This document shows positions 39,535 through 50,692 of a stretch of 64,000 nucleotides of DNA, piece by piece (position 1 is the stretch's first letter; each line of letters opens with the position of its first letter). The position numbers were made by a program, and so were the translations under genes. Below the pieces are notes generated by a model. The model searched no databases, had not been told where the DNA came from, and saw only the letters and a list, made by a program, of their open reading frames with translations. The DNA comes from Trichoplax adhaerens (Eukaryota > Animalia > Placozoa): contig NW_002060983.1 in assembly GCF_000150275.1 (NCBI RefSeq), forward strand, positions 108,353 through 172,352, in the 5' to 3' direction.

Positions 39535-40497
39535 ATGATAAGAAATTTAAGTAACATCAATTATAATGCCACTATTAATACAATCAGAATTGAAACGATA
39601 ATATTATCTTCAATTTGGATACCGCTTTTTACCATTGGATTTACCGGCAATATCTTCGTCATCTTGATCGTATTTAAAGTGAAAGAGATGCAATCGTATA
39701 TTTACACTTTATTAGCTAGCATGGCGGTTTCTGATGCACTCAGCTGTTTATCAGGCCTGGCTTTTACTATCAATCAGCTTTTATACATTCACGGAAACAT
39801 GACTTTATTACAGAAAAACATTACATGTCACTTAAATGTTATCGTTATCTATTCATCTTATTATACTTCTACTCATACTTTAACCTTCCTTAGCATTGAT
39901 CGATACTTTGCTATTGTACGTAATTATCAAGTATTGAAGAATGGCCAAAGAACTCGGCTTGTCATTTTTACTACCTGGTTCTTTGGAATTATTATAGCTA
40001 TTCCAATCATTCTACTTACTGGTGTCTCAGAAGCATTGCCTTATGTTTGTGATTACATTAATGCTGAAAAATTTGTTGCCCAAATTTACATGGCGGCACT
40101 GATTATAATTGAAGTGATATTGCCAGGTATAATTGTTGTCTTTTGCTATAACAAAACCGTCAGTTATATGAATAGGCGAATTAGGACGGTACAAGAGATT
40201 TGCGAAAATAAAACGAATGAAAAACATACTAAAGATGCAATAAAGATGCTTTTTGTGGTTACAATCGTATTTATTTCCTTTTCATGTGCTTTTCATATCT
40301 CTAAACTAATAATAACATTAACTAATAAGACCATGATTGATATGTATTTTCAAAATTTACCCAATTTTTACTTATATACTGATGGAATTGGTTTGTGCCT
40401 TAATATTATAAATCCTGTCATTTATTGCATTACTAGCAAATCATTTCGTAGAGCTCTAATGGCGTTCTTAAAATCAAATAAGGTTCAGCAACGGTAA
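39535..40497 (+). CDS. Class A GPCR, orphan (GPCR4), 320 aa; paralog of GPCR2/3
   Basis: GFTGN, SMAVSD, SYYTSTHTL..SIDRY, PYVCDY, EVILP, NPVIY, KSFR. Confidence 0.96.
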   Translation: MIRNLSNINYNATINTIRIETIILSSIWIPLFTIGFTGNIFVILIVFKVKEMQSYIYTLLASMAVSDALSCLSGLAFTINQLLYIHGNMTLLQKNITCHLNVIVIYSSYYTSTHTLTFLSIDRYFAIVRNYQVLKNGQRTRLVIFTTWFFGIIIAIPIILLTGVSEALPYVCDYINAEKFVAQIYMAALIIIEVILPGIIVVFCYNKTVSYMNRRIRTVQEICENKTNEKHTKDAIKMLFVVTIVFISFSCAFHISKLIITLTNKTMIDMYFQNLPNFYLYTDGIGLCLNIINPVIYCITSKSFRRALMAFLKSNKVQQR

Positions 40498-42139
40498 TTT
40501 ATTTACTTGTTTTATTATAAAGTATGCCAATAATCTATATTCCCGGCCCTTAATTCAATACCGAGCCAGCGTACGAAATTAACTCGAATGATATTAATAT
40601 TCGGTAAATGTCACTTACTTAAAGTTACCCTTAATATTTATTATTATTATTTCTATTAACTTTTTATCTGCGATACTGTTAAACTGCTGCTATAGTAGAC
40701 GGATTGTACATTTATTTACAAGCATACTGCTGAGAAAGTATTTATAAGCTATGAAAATCTAAAATATATTTTGTAGGTAATAGTTCAATATACGTTTGTC
40801 TTCCTTGTATACGTTATTAGGTACGGAATTCATCAAAATTTTCACCTTAATGCAATAACTTGATTTACTGATATAATCACAATTTCACGGCTTACTGCAG
40901 TGAAGAAAATAATATATTTAAAGGATTTATGGCCTAATAATTTTACATTTATAGTATAGTGACATCTAATATGGACAACATCTTTACTCATAGTGCTTGG
41001 TAAAATAAATAATGCCTTGACTAGGTACCACAACTACCGTTGCGACACAAGAAAAGAACACAGTACTTATCATAAACTTTACGTTAATCTGCAGAACTAC
41101 TTTCCTAGGCTACGGTAAGTAACTGGAATTCCGGCGAAGTTCTGAGTCGCTCAATATATTATACGATATAAAACTATCACAAAACTTAGCCTTAACCTGA
41201 AATCACATTTTATTAATTACCGTCCTTCTAATATACTATTTCAGTAGTTATAAACATATTTACTATGCTACCAACATATTTCAATAACGAACATGTTATT
41301 ACGATTGAATTATCAAATACAGACATTCGATGTAATAAACAATTTCATACGTAAATCTACTTCGACTGTAAGCCCTGCCAAGTTCCTATGTTCTCGATAC
41401 TTACTTGTAACATATTACTATATTATCATAATGTCATAATAAATTAGGGTATTATTAACAATATAACAATTCTTCGAGTAGTGGTTTATACTTCTAAAAT
41501 GTTCTAAAAAAGATGTTATAATAAACTACACATCCATATCCAAGTTATTTTGATGGCTGTGACACCAGTATATTATTTGAGATAGCTTATCACATATTTG
41601 ATATTGATCATAATTATATGATAATAGTGGTAAAATAATCCAAGTTCTAGCTAATGATAATTGAACTAGAGAGAATACATCCTTAGATTAAGATTAAGTA
41701 TGAGTAATTGGTCAAAATAATCACTGGCAGAAAAGCCTTGCACGGAACATCTCTGTTCGAGATGCCTCTACTTGTAAGGTATAACAATAACACTGTAGTT
41801 GTTTACAGGTTAGATAGTTCTTATATGAATGAAAACATTTTGAGCAGCTTGAGGTGTGAAAAGTTGTAGATGTGTCTATGCTTATAAAAGTGTTATCTTA
41901 CGATACTTTACTGTGAGTTTTTAACGCATAGTAAGTAAAATTAGATTAGCATGAAATTTCGGTTTGTTTATTTAAAAAAGCAATCTCTAAAATTGATGTC
42001 CCTATAGAAATATAGACTCTATAGCAAGAACCTAAAAATCATAAGTAAAATGACGGCGCTAAAACCTGAATGGATAAATAAAATCAAGAATATTTCATTT
42101 TGGTGTTAGTGTAGTAGAGTGCTGTTGGCGGATAATTTT

Positions 42140-42800
42140 AGAGGTAATAGTTGTAGCCTTAAATGAGAATGCAAGACGCATGGTTAGGCGGCAGCAGAAA
42201 GAGTTCAGTCCAAGATCTAGCAATTTCAGTTAGAGCGATCGAAGTTTGTTACAGTAAAATTCAACTATATATTTAAGTTATAAACTATTTTTTGTCTAAC
42301 AATATTGGAGAAAGGCGTCTTGTGCGACCTTATTTCATTTAACGGATAGAAATAGTACTTATTTTATGATCAGGTAACGTATTTTATAGCGATTCTTTAT
42401 CATATCATAGCAAATCATGATTAAACCTGACATTTTATATTAAAGCATTGATTATGTCACGACCATAATGAAGCTAAGAGATTCTAGCAAAATTGAATAT
42501 GGATGGCTCCATTCTCGAATTAAAATACTATTCAGAGTGCTGACAGATATTTTCTAAATGTATTTGATAACGCCAGATACTTCCGTTTCATTATCTTCAC
42601 AGATTGGAACCAATAGCGTTTTTCAATTCTTCCTTCATCCTATCATAACAGCAGTCATACGATTTCTCCGTCTCTCTGCATTGCTATGGTTTCAAGCCAA
42701 TTTAGGACAGAATTTATTTAAATAGACTGATTACGTCATATTCTCATGACATTGCGAAAAAATCAAATCTATGGCCCCCATCTGTCGTTACGTAACTTCT
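42140..42800 (+). pseudogene. Decayed Gypsy RT fossil (Gypsy relic 3)
   Basis: LNENA (42159), LEKGVL (42306), KPDILY*SIDYVTTI (42423; like KPDGxxRxCIDYxxTIN), RIKILFRVLTDIF*MYL (42516; like RIExLFxxLxGxxFSKxDL), RFLRL, FQ, YSHDI (42739; YxDD). Confidence 0.65.
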
Positions 42801-43154
42801 ATATAAAATAAGGATAAAACGATGAGGCAGTTTTCACGTGTGAAAATAATATCAGAAAATAAGTAGCTGTAGTCGGACATTGACAATACTGCCATAATTA
42901 TGATAGATGATTTTTAAGTAAATAAATAGAAAATTATAATCTCCCAAATTTAACTTTCTTATATTGACATCTACCAGTACAACATTAAGAATACATTCTT
43001 CGTAGGACAAATGCAAGCCTAGATGAACAACACACTTATAAAAATTAAATTCATATAATATTGAATAGATATAAGAGTTTGTAGCTTCTACTACATAAGC
43101 GAAGCCTAACTAAACGTAAACTTCCAAGATCTGTGATTCAAACGTTTATGAGTT

Positions 43155-43589
43155 TGTCACGGTACGAACTACCGTGAAGAAATAGCTATCTAAATTTGGT
43201 TAATATAGTATAGTGATATTATATTACAACTAGTTACTTACAATAGGAGTTACTCTAATTATAAATGTGTTACAGTAAATTTATTGCTGTGCTGTAATAT
43301 GTGCTGAAATGATTCTGTGAATGGACATATTGTAGTCCGACTGTGAAAAACTAGTTAGTAGATGTTCTCACCCAAGTATTATTATAAGATGACTTGTGAA
43401 TGTTAGCTGCTGTAGAAGGGTATATAAACCCGTCAGCTAGTTGAATAAAGCAGTTCTCAATTGTATAGTTGTTTTAACGTAGAATCAAAGGCGTCTAAAT
43501 TCTTGTAAGTAGGGATACTGAATCCCGGAGACTATAGTAATTTAGAGATTTGTTTTACGTTATACTTGTCACGAAGTTGGTTTGTGACA
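43155..43589 (+). mobile_element. Solo LTR, family C (435 bp)
   Basis: TGTCAC...GTGACA ends; perfect TSD GAGTT; internal TATATAAA (~43421) and AATAAA (~43444). Confidence 0.94.
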
Positions 43590-43980
43590 GAGTTATAAGT
43601 ATTCTAAAGAGCATTTTAAGACCAAGAATTTTACTTTTATATTATCACAACTTAGCAGTTGAAAATCGCTTTCATTCAGGATATTCATAGGCCAAAGGAA
43701 ACAGTGGAATTGGATATTAACGAGTAACACCGATCAAATGATTTTCTGATTTAATTACCTTAGCTTCCGATGGCTACTATGCTCTTTTAATGATTTGAAG
43801 AAATATTAATAGCAAGAAAAGGAAATGAGATCAAGAATAAGTTAAACAAATTCTCACTCTTCAATCAAATTATTCTATGTCATGCTTGAAAGTAATACTA
43901 TAAAACGAGCCAATTCTCACTAATAGTTTTTTAAATGATACAATTTTAAAGGCTAAAGTTAATCGTACCTTCTCACAAAA

Positions 43981-44943
43981 ATGAGCTTGATAGGTTATAA
44001 TGATGGAGATAATCATTTTTTAACGTTTTGTATGATAATATCATTGATTATGAATACTTCTTATTTAATATGGATATTTACAGTGAGAAAATATAACGAT
44101 TTTATAACCATTTCTATTGCTAGTTTATGCACATGTTATATGTTACTCTCATCCTTTGGAGTTATTGGAATAATTGTCACCAGTCCAGTTCTTCAACGTT
44201 CAACTCATGTTATTGCGATCTTTCGGTGGAATATTAACGTCAATAACTGGCTATGTAAAGCAACTTTGTATTTAATCTATCTTACCTTTTCATTAACATC
44301 CAATGTTACTTTTTTAATAAGTTACTGTTTCTATGTTCACTTCAGTAACGATGATCAATTATCTGTCCCGAGGATATCAACCAAAAAGATATTTATTGTT
44401 TGGGCATTCTCGATGACTATTTCCCTTCCAGTTTTATTCCATTATCATTCCATTCGCGACGATTCTGTACTAGCATATTGCGGAATTCAGTCGTCCTCTA
44501 TCTCCAATTTAATAATTTATGTCTTTATCTACTTCCTCTTATCCTTTTTTATCCCATCATTTTTAACTATTTTTACCTCTATCAATGCTTACCTTGAATT
44601 CGAAAATTCAAAGTTAAATTTCCTCTACTCTAACCCGCATAAAATATCTAACTCTCGTTTACATAATGTCAAGCAGAGATTATCTGTTACGGTCATTACA
44701 TATACAATTTTTATCATTTTGTCGCTACCGTTACAAATTTTATTGATTGGAGCTGCTGTTAGCTACGCAACTGAAAATGGTCATAACATACAAAACTTGG
44801 AAGATAGCTACGTGTACGCTTGTGAGATAGCTTATTTTATCTCAGCTATCTTAACTCCTAGTATATATATCATTTATGACTGCCGGTTTTGGTTTTTACA
44901 TAAAACAAAAGGCAAAACTTTGTTGATATTCCATCGTATTTGA
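43981..44943 (+). CDS. Highly divergent class A-like 7TM receptor (GPCR5), 320 aa
   Basis: Seven hydrophobic segments with N1.50, C3.25 (WLCK), W4.50, ECL2 Cys (AYCG), TM5 FFIP, TM6 LSLP, TM7 LTPSIY and helix 8 CRF; lacks D2.50 and DRY. Confidence 0.85.
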   Translation: MSLIGYNDGDNHFLTFCMIISLIMNTSYLIWIFTVRKYNDFITISIASLCTCYMLLSSFGVIGIIVTSPVLQRSTHVIAIFRWNINVNNWLCKATLYLIYLTFSLTSNVTFLISYCFYVHFSNDDQLSVPRISTKKIFIVWAFSMTISLPVLFHYHSIRDDSVLAYCGIQSSSISNLIIYVFIYFLLSFFIPSFLTIFTSINAYLEFENSKLNFLYSNPHKISNSRLHNVKQRLSVTVITYTIFIILSLPLQILLIGAAVSYATENGHNIQNLEDSYVYACEIAYFISAILTPSIYIIYDCRFWFLHKTKGKTLLIFHRI

Positions 44944-45344
44944 CTTATTCAATAAGATATAACAATATTATGATTTAATCGTGAAAATTCGATATCAACC
45001 AATTCTTCATTATATTTTACTAATATGGCGCGATAACTTAGCGACTATTCATGCTTAGTCATATATTAATTTGATGACTGCATTATTGATTAGAACTAGT
45101 AAACCTTCTTCTATACTCTCACTTATTATACCAGTCTGTTTTATTTTCAACTCTTGCCATAACAAGATACCGCAAGGTCCACTCATAGTCCGTATTTTTT
45201 GTCAGTTAAAAATATTGTCAAAGTGTAGAAGAATAAAATACAGTTTATGAAAGTCCTTACATTCGACATCATGAGTCTATCAATCATCCATCGTGTAACG
45301 TTAGATGGTTAAGATTAATAAAATAATGACAATTTGTAGACTGT

Positions 45345-45914
45345 TGTCACAAACCAACTTCGTGACAAAGATAACGGAAAAAATCCTCTAAATTACTAAA
45401 TTCTACAGGATTGAGTATCCCTTAACTACCTCATAAGAACTTACACGCCTTTGCTTTTACGTTAAGATAGCTATATATCTCTCGTTTTTATTTAGCTATC
45501 TGTGGAGATTTAATACCCTTCGGCAGCAGTTATCATGTATAAGTTATAATATTTCATGAAATTTAGCTCATATCGAATAGCTAAATTAATACAGGCATTT
45601 TTCATAATTTTGGATATTTACTGAACGATTCTAGATAAATAGACTACAGTAAGTCCACGCACAGAATTATTTTATGGCATCATCTATAATTGAATATCTT
45701 CAGGATATTCATCACAAGCGTTACAAGACATAACACTATAATTAATTAATATTAGTTACCTTATGAGAACTTTTACTACAATACAGCATAATTTATTGTA
45801 ACAACATAATAACTATTGTAGTTCTTACTGTAAGTCATTATTATTTATCTCCATATTTAAATATTAAATACTAAAATTAGTCATTCACTCTTCACGGAGG
45901 TTCGTACCGTGACA
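45345..45914 (-). mobile_element. Solo LTR, long divergent family C variant (570 bp)
   Basis: TGTCACAAACC...CGTACCGTGACA; both ends match family C; degraded TSD ACTGT/ATTAT (2 transitions). Confidence 0.85.
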
Positions 45915-47024
45915 ATTATCTTCGATTATAAAAAACAGGAGAATTAATATACTTCGCAAATAAGGTTAGCTATGAATCTATTTACGACCATAGATACCAA
46001 GTTTTTATTGCACACTAATCTTTATAAGAATCTTAGATTTAAAACACAAGTATTCTATTTCAAATATTTTACTTAATCAAATTTTATCCTTTAAATTAAC
46101 CTTAAGGTTTAGAGAAATAATTTGTACTGAACCTTTAATTCATCTATCATGTTAAGCTAATTAGAAACTTTTCCTTTAACGAGGATTAGTAACATATTAA
46201 TTCTATATAGTTATTAAATAAATTAGCCTTAAAAAATATTCGATAGTCATGCTTACCACTGAATTTTCACACCACTGAGATTGCCAAGCAAAAGCGAAAG
46301 AAGGATAGACAACATTCTATTCTTCTATTTAGATCCTTAAAATTTTTCTATTAAAACTGATGATATCCCTGAAAATATCACGATAACAATTTAATACAAA
46401 AAACTTTAAAAAATAATGCTCTATATTTTAGAATAAATATATGCTTGTTAAGAGCAACATAATCTAAAGATCGCAGGAACTTGGCTATACTTCATAAGAT
46501 TTTTTTCTTGTTTGCACTATGGATAAATAAAATAAATGTACTAAAATTTCTTATAAGCTCTAAAGGAATGGTCATCCGTAATGATGTACTTAAAGCAAAA
46601 TTATTTAAAGTTAAAGTAAACTACAGTCATTAAAGTGTTGTTAGGAAGTTATAAGGCATCGAAATAAAAATAAATTTGGGTGATAATTATTTAATAGTTT
46701 TACTAAAGTGGGCAGCAATCAAGCCTCTCATTTTATAACTGATTTCACCATTTATTGTAATTCAATTAATTTATTCATAATTAATTTTTCTATACGCATA
46801 ACTTATGACTCGGAAACCTACGGGTCAGAAAGTAGGCTTTGTTAACAATACTATTACAAGTACATACGGAATACATTTTTTACACTCGAATTTCTTAATT
46901 AATGCATGAAATTAAGAAAAAAAATACAAATATTGCTTAATACTTATATAGCAATATACGCGTACACACAATTGAAGTAGTCGAAGTATTATTTCATAGC
47001 TAGAGCTTAAACATAAATCTGATT

Positions 47025-47635
47025 ATTGCGAGCTAGGAATAGCCCTAACTTGCAACAAGGATTGAAAAGTAATTTTTATCCTATACTACTGTTATTTTGA
47101 ATACCGGACAATTGGTTTTCCAAGGCAGACAGGGTTTAACGCAACAAGATCTTCAAAACTTAATAGAAAATCGCAATCTAATTTATTGTCGGCAAACTCG
47201 CCGTTTATATAGGTTTTGGTCCAAAAACCGGTTTAACTACACAATTTACCTCATCTATCAGAAATTTATCCTTATAAATATCCTAAAGAGATTCTATCTG
47301 TACAGATTACATACAATCTGATCCTATTAAATTTACACTAACAGTATTAAGATACACATTGCTTATTAATACTTTAACAAATACGTATAAAGCTATCCTA
47401 CTAAGATATTTCCTCTAAATTTAAGAATTGTACTTTGAACCTTAACAACTTTGGAGGTGATAAATACAATCCAGTTTAGCTGGTTGGTAATTACTATTTT
47501 AGTCTATCTAATTCTAAATTAAGGATATCAGTCGTTAACCAGTAAAATTACATTTAAGGAGACCGTAAAACATTTCTGATATTTAAGCATATATAGAACG
47601 TAACATGGAAATAAAGTATACGTCACGAAGATTAC
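47025..47635. repeat. Old dispersed repeat, family E, copy 2
   Basis: Colinear with ~13620-14260 in the same orientation. Confidence 0.65.
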
Positions 47636-48212
47636 CTTCGTGACCTTGATTTTATGCAGGACATTCATCTTAGACATTATAATTTAGCGTGATTACGGCA
47701 TAAGATTTGATATATAATGAATCAAACGGCCTTAAATAAGTTGTAGACACGAACAAAAGAAGCGAAATGATCTGATAGTGTCAATTTTAATTAATATAAT
47801 TTTTCAATTATATAGTATCAACAATTTTACCTAGCTTTTAATGAGTTGATGATTATATTAATGATAACAATACTGTGCAATTCTGCATACTTTATAGATA
47901 CTTTTTGTCTTATTACTGCAAGGGCGTTCAATTCTGTCCCCGGTAAGTTCTGATTTTGACTTCGAGTAAAGAATAAAATATACGTAGACTGTAAGACCAT
48001 TTATTACCAGTTTACTTTGCAGAATCCTAATTTACTTATAGTTTATTCTGATTTAAATTCTTTGCAAAAGAAGAATAGACTATGTGACCATACAGTTCCA
48101 GTCTGTTCCTCACCATCCTATACATGAGGTTATTTTAAGCGAAGAATAAGTAGTTAGAATGTCATTCCAATAATTTGGTAGTTGTTATTACACGTCATAA
48201 TAACAACCCAAC

Positions 48213-48763
48213 TGTAATGTAACTAGTGTTGTCATTGTAGACTGTTAGCCATGTTTAGTATAATGTACGGTAGATATTTATCCTAAGTGATATTTGGTAG
48301 CTATAACTATAGACTGTAGTGGTAGAGACTCTATTCTAGAGTACAGATGACTATATACAGTAAGCTGTTGATTTACTAATAAGGCTATAGGTAAAAATAG
48401 AACTGAAAATCATATATTAGAATATGGTTAATTCATTCTGCTTTGGCTGGTGTGAATAGTGTCTACGTAAGTACTGTAGTCGTATCCATATTTGATTGAT
48501 GATGGTCCGTAGTAGAATAGTCTTACTAAGAATAATTTAACTATGTGTAAAATAAGGTAAAAGGTAGCTATGCGGATAGTAGCTGCGAATGCTACGGAAA
48601 GTATAAAAGCATGCAACTTTAGATTATTCTGTTAGTTCGTTTTAGAAGTCTTTAGTAGTAGTATTCGGCTAAAGTAGAGCTGTGTGAAGTTAATCTTTGT
48701 ATAAGATACAATAAAGCTATTATTTTTCTAAAATTTGGAATTTCATGATTGGTATATATCACA
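48213..48763 (+). mobile_element. Solo LTR, family B (551 bp)
   Basis: TGTAATG...TATCACA ends; perfect TSD CCAAC; TATAAAAG then AATAAA on this strand. Confidence 0.94.
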
Positions 48764-50692
48764 CCAACTCAAGTAGATAGTAGCAAAATTGATATGTGAA
48801 CTTTTAACCAAGTAATACCAATATTATGAACGATATAACTAAACTGTTCATATTAGCGGAAATGAAAGTACTGCTTAAACAATTTTTCTAGATATAATTA
48901 AACATACCATAAATTCTAGTATTAAAGATACTCTAATTCTAATTTTAGTGCACAACAGTAATATTACGAACCTTTCCATGTGCAAAATTGTAATAATACA
49001 AGTTTGCTGTATAAGAATTATTTCAACGATAAATTGATGGTATTTATAATTTGTTGTAGATAAATAACTAAGAAAAGAATTCATTTACTATTTAATGTTA
49101 TCATGCCCATTCGCTTATAGTGATAAATCGGCCAGAAAACAAATGAATGTAATAAAAGTTAGAAAAGTACTATAATTTCTTTATTATTTTAGGTAATTAG
49201 GCTATAATTATCTATATATGTATACTCCATGGATATCAATTTGAATAGTATTTACGTGCGTTATAGTGGCTATATTCAAGTCGATAATGAATTTATAAAA
49301 GCTTTGATTATTTTTTGTGCTGACTTAATTTTCTTTAGTCATAGTGTATCACAGATATTTACTAGAATGAATTAATACTGTTGTGCTCTGTATATTTTCA
49401 TACTTTCGTCACCTTACAATTTTAATTTACTTTGTAATATATTACTCATTAGTCTTAACAGTAGAGCTGATGTAATATTGATTTAATATTATTTATTGTC
49501 AACTCCCATTGACTATTCACGAAGACAAAAACTACTAAAAGATTGTTAGCATACCTTAGACAGTGTTAGAAGCGACCTTATAGCTCTATCCGGATATTTT
49601 AATATCAATAATGATAGGAAGAATTATAAATCGAAAATAATGCTTATTAATGACTTCCTCTATATTAAATATTCATTTTGACGAAAAATTCTCAAGAGAT
49701 GGGCAAGTAATCATAGGATAAATCAGAAAGGCATGTGTAACTGATCTTCTTACCTTCTAAATAAGAATTTATAGAACTCTCTATTACTAGTATTATTGCT
49801 TTCCCCAGTTATGCCAATCAGATGTTTAGGCAGGTGAAACATTTTCTCCCGCTATTATTAAATTATAAATGGGTTTTATTCAATACAATAACTAAGGCTT
49901 TGTCTGCGTAAATTAATAAGATAGAACAGAGCATCTAATTTATATTCAGTCCGTTTTATTTATTAAACTAAATAAGAGAATGAAAACATTGCTTAAATAT
50001 TAAAAATTATTCTCTTTTGAATATCACAGAGATAGGAAAAAATCCATTATATATTACGACCTTACCATTTTATGTGACTTTAATAAACCTAGTTCATATA
50101 TTTGAATATAATTAAAAGCCATGGTTAATTTACGATTCCTAAGATTATCGAGCTTGCATGAACAATCTTATATTTTTAAATTACATAGGGACAGAAATAA
50201 AGAGAACTTTAAGGCAAAGAATATTATAGTATAGAACAAACTGCAGTAGCGTGACTTTTACAAAACATTGATGATATAGCCATCTCAACTGGTTGGTAAG
50301 TATTTATAGCAACGTTCATAATATTATGTCATAAATCTTATACCTTTCACCGCGAGAATTAATATTGCTCTGAAACATTGTTGAAGCAGAAGCTATAACG
50401 AGATAACTACACTTTCGTTCTAAGCCTGTATATTATTATAATACATAGAACTTTTACATAAAATTGGTAGATCATCGTATCATGCAAGTTATTTCGTATT
50501 GATTTTGACGGAAATTTAAAGTATCTTATTTTGAGGATCAATTTATACCTGCTTCAGAAAAAACTAGTGTAAGTCTTGGTTAATAGCATAAGCAAGTTAA
50601 AGAAATTCTTTTTTATCGATTTATAGCTCGTTATCGCATCAATTTAACTCTCATTCACTCACATAAAGTGAAGTAAACTGCACATCATAGCA

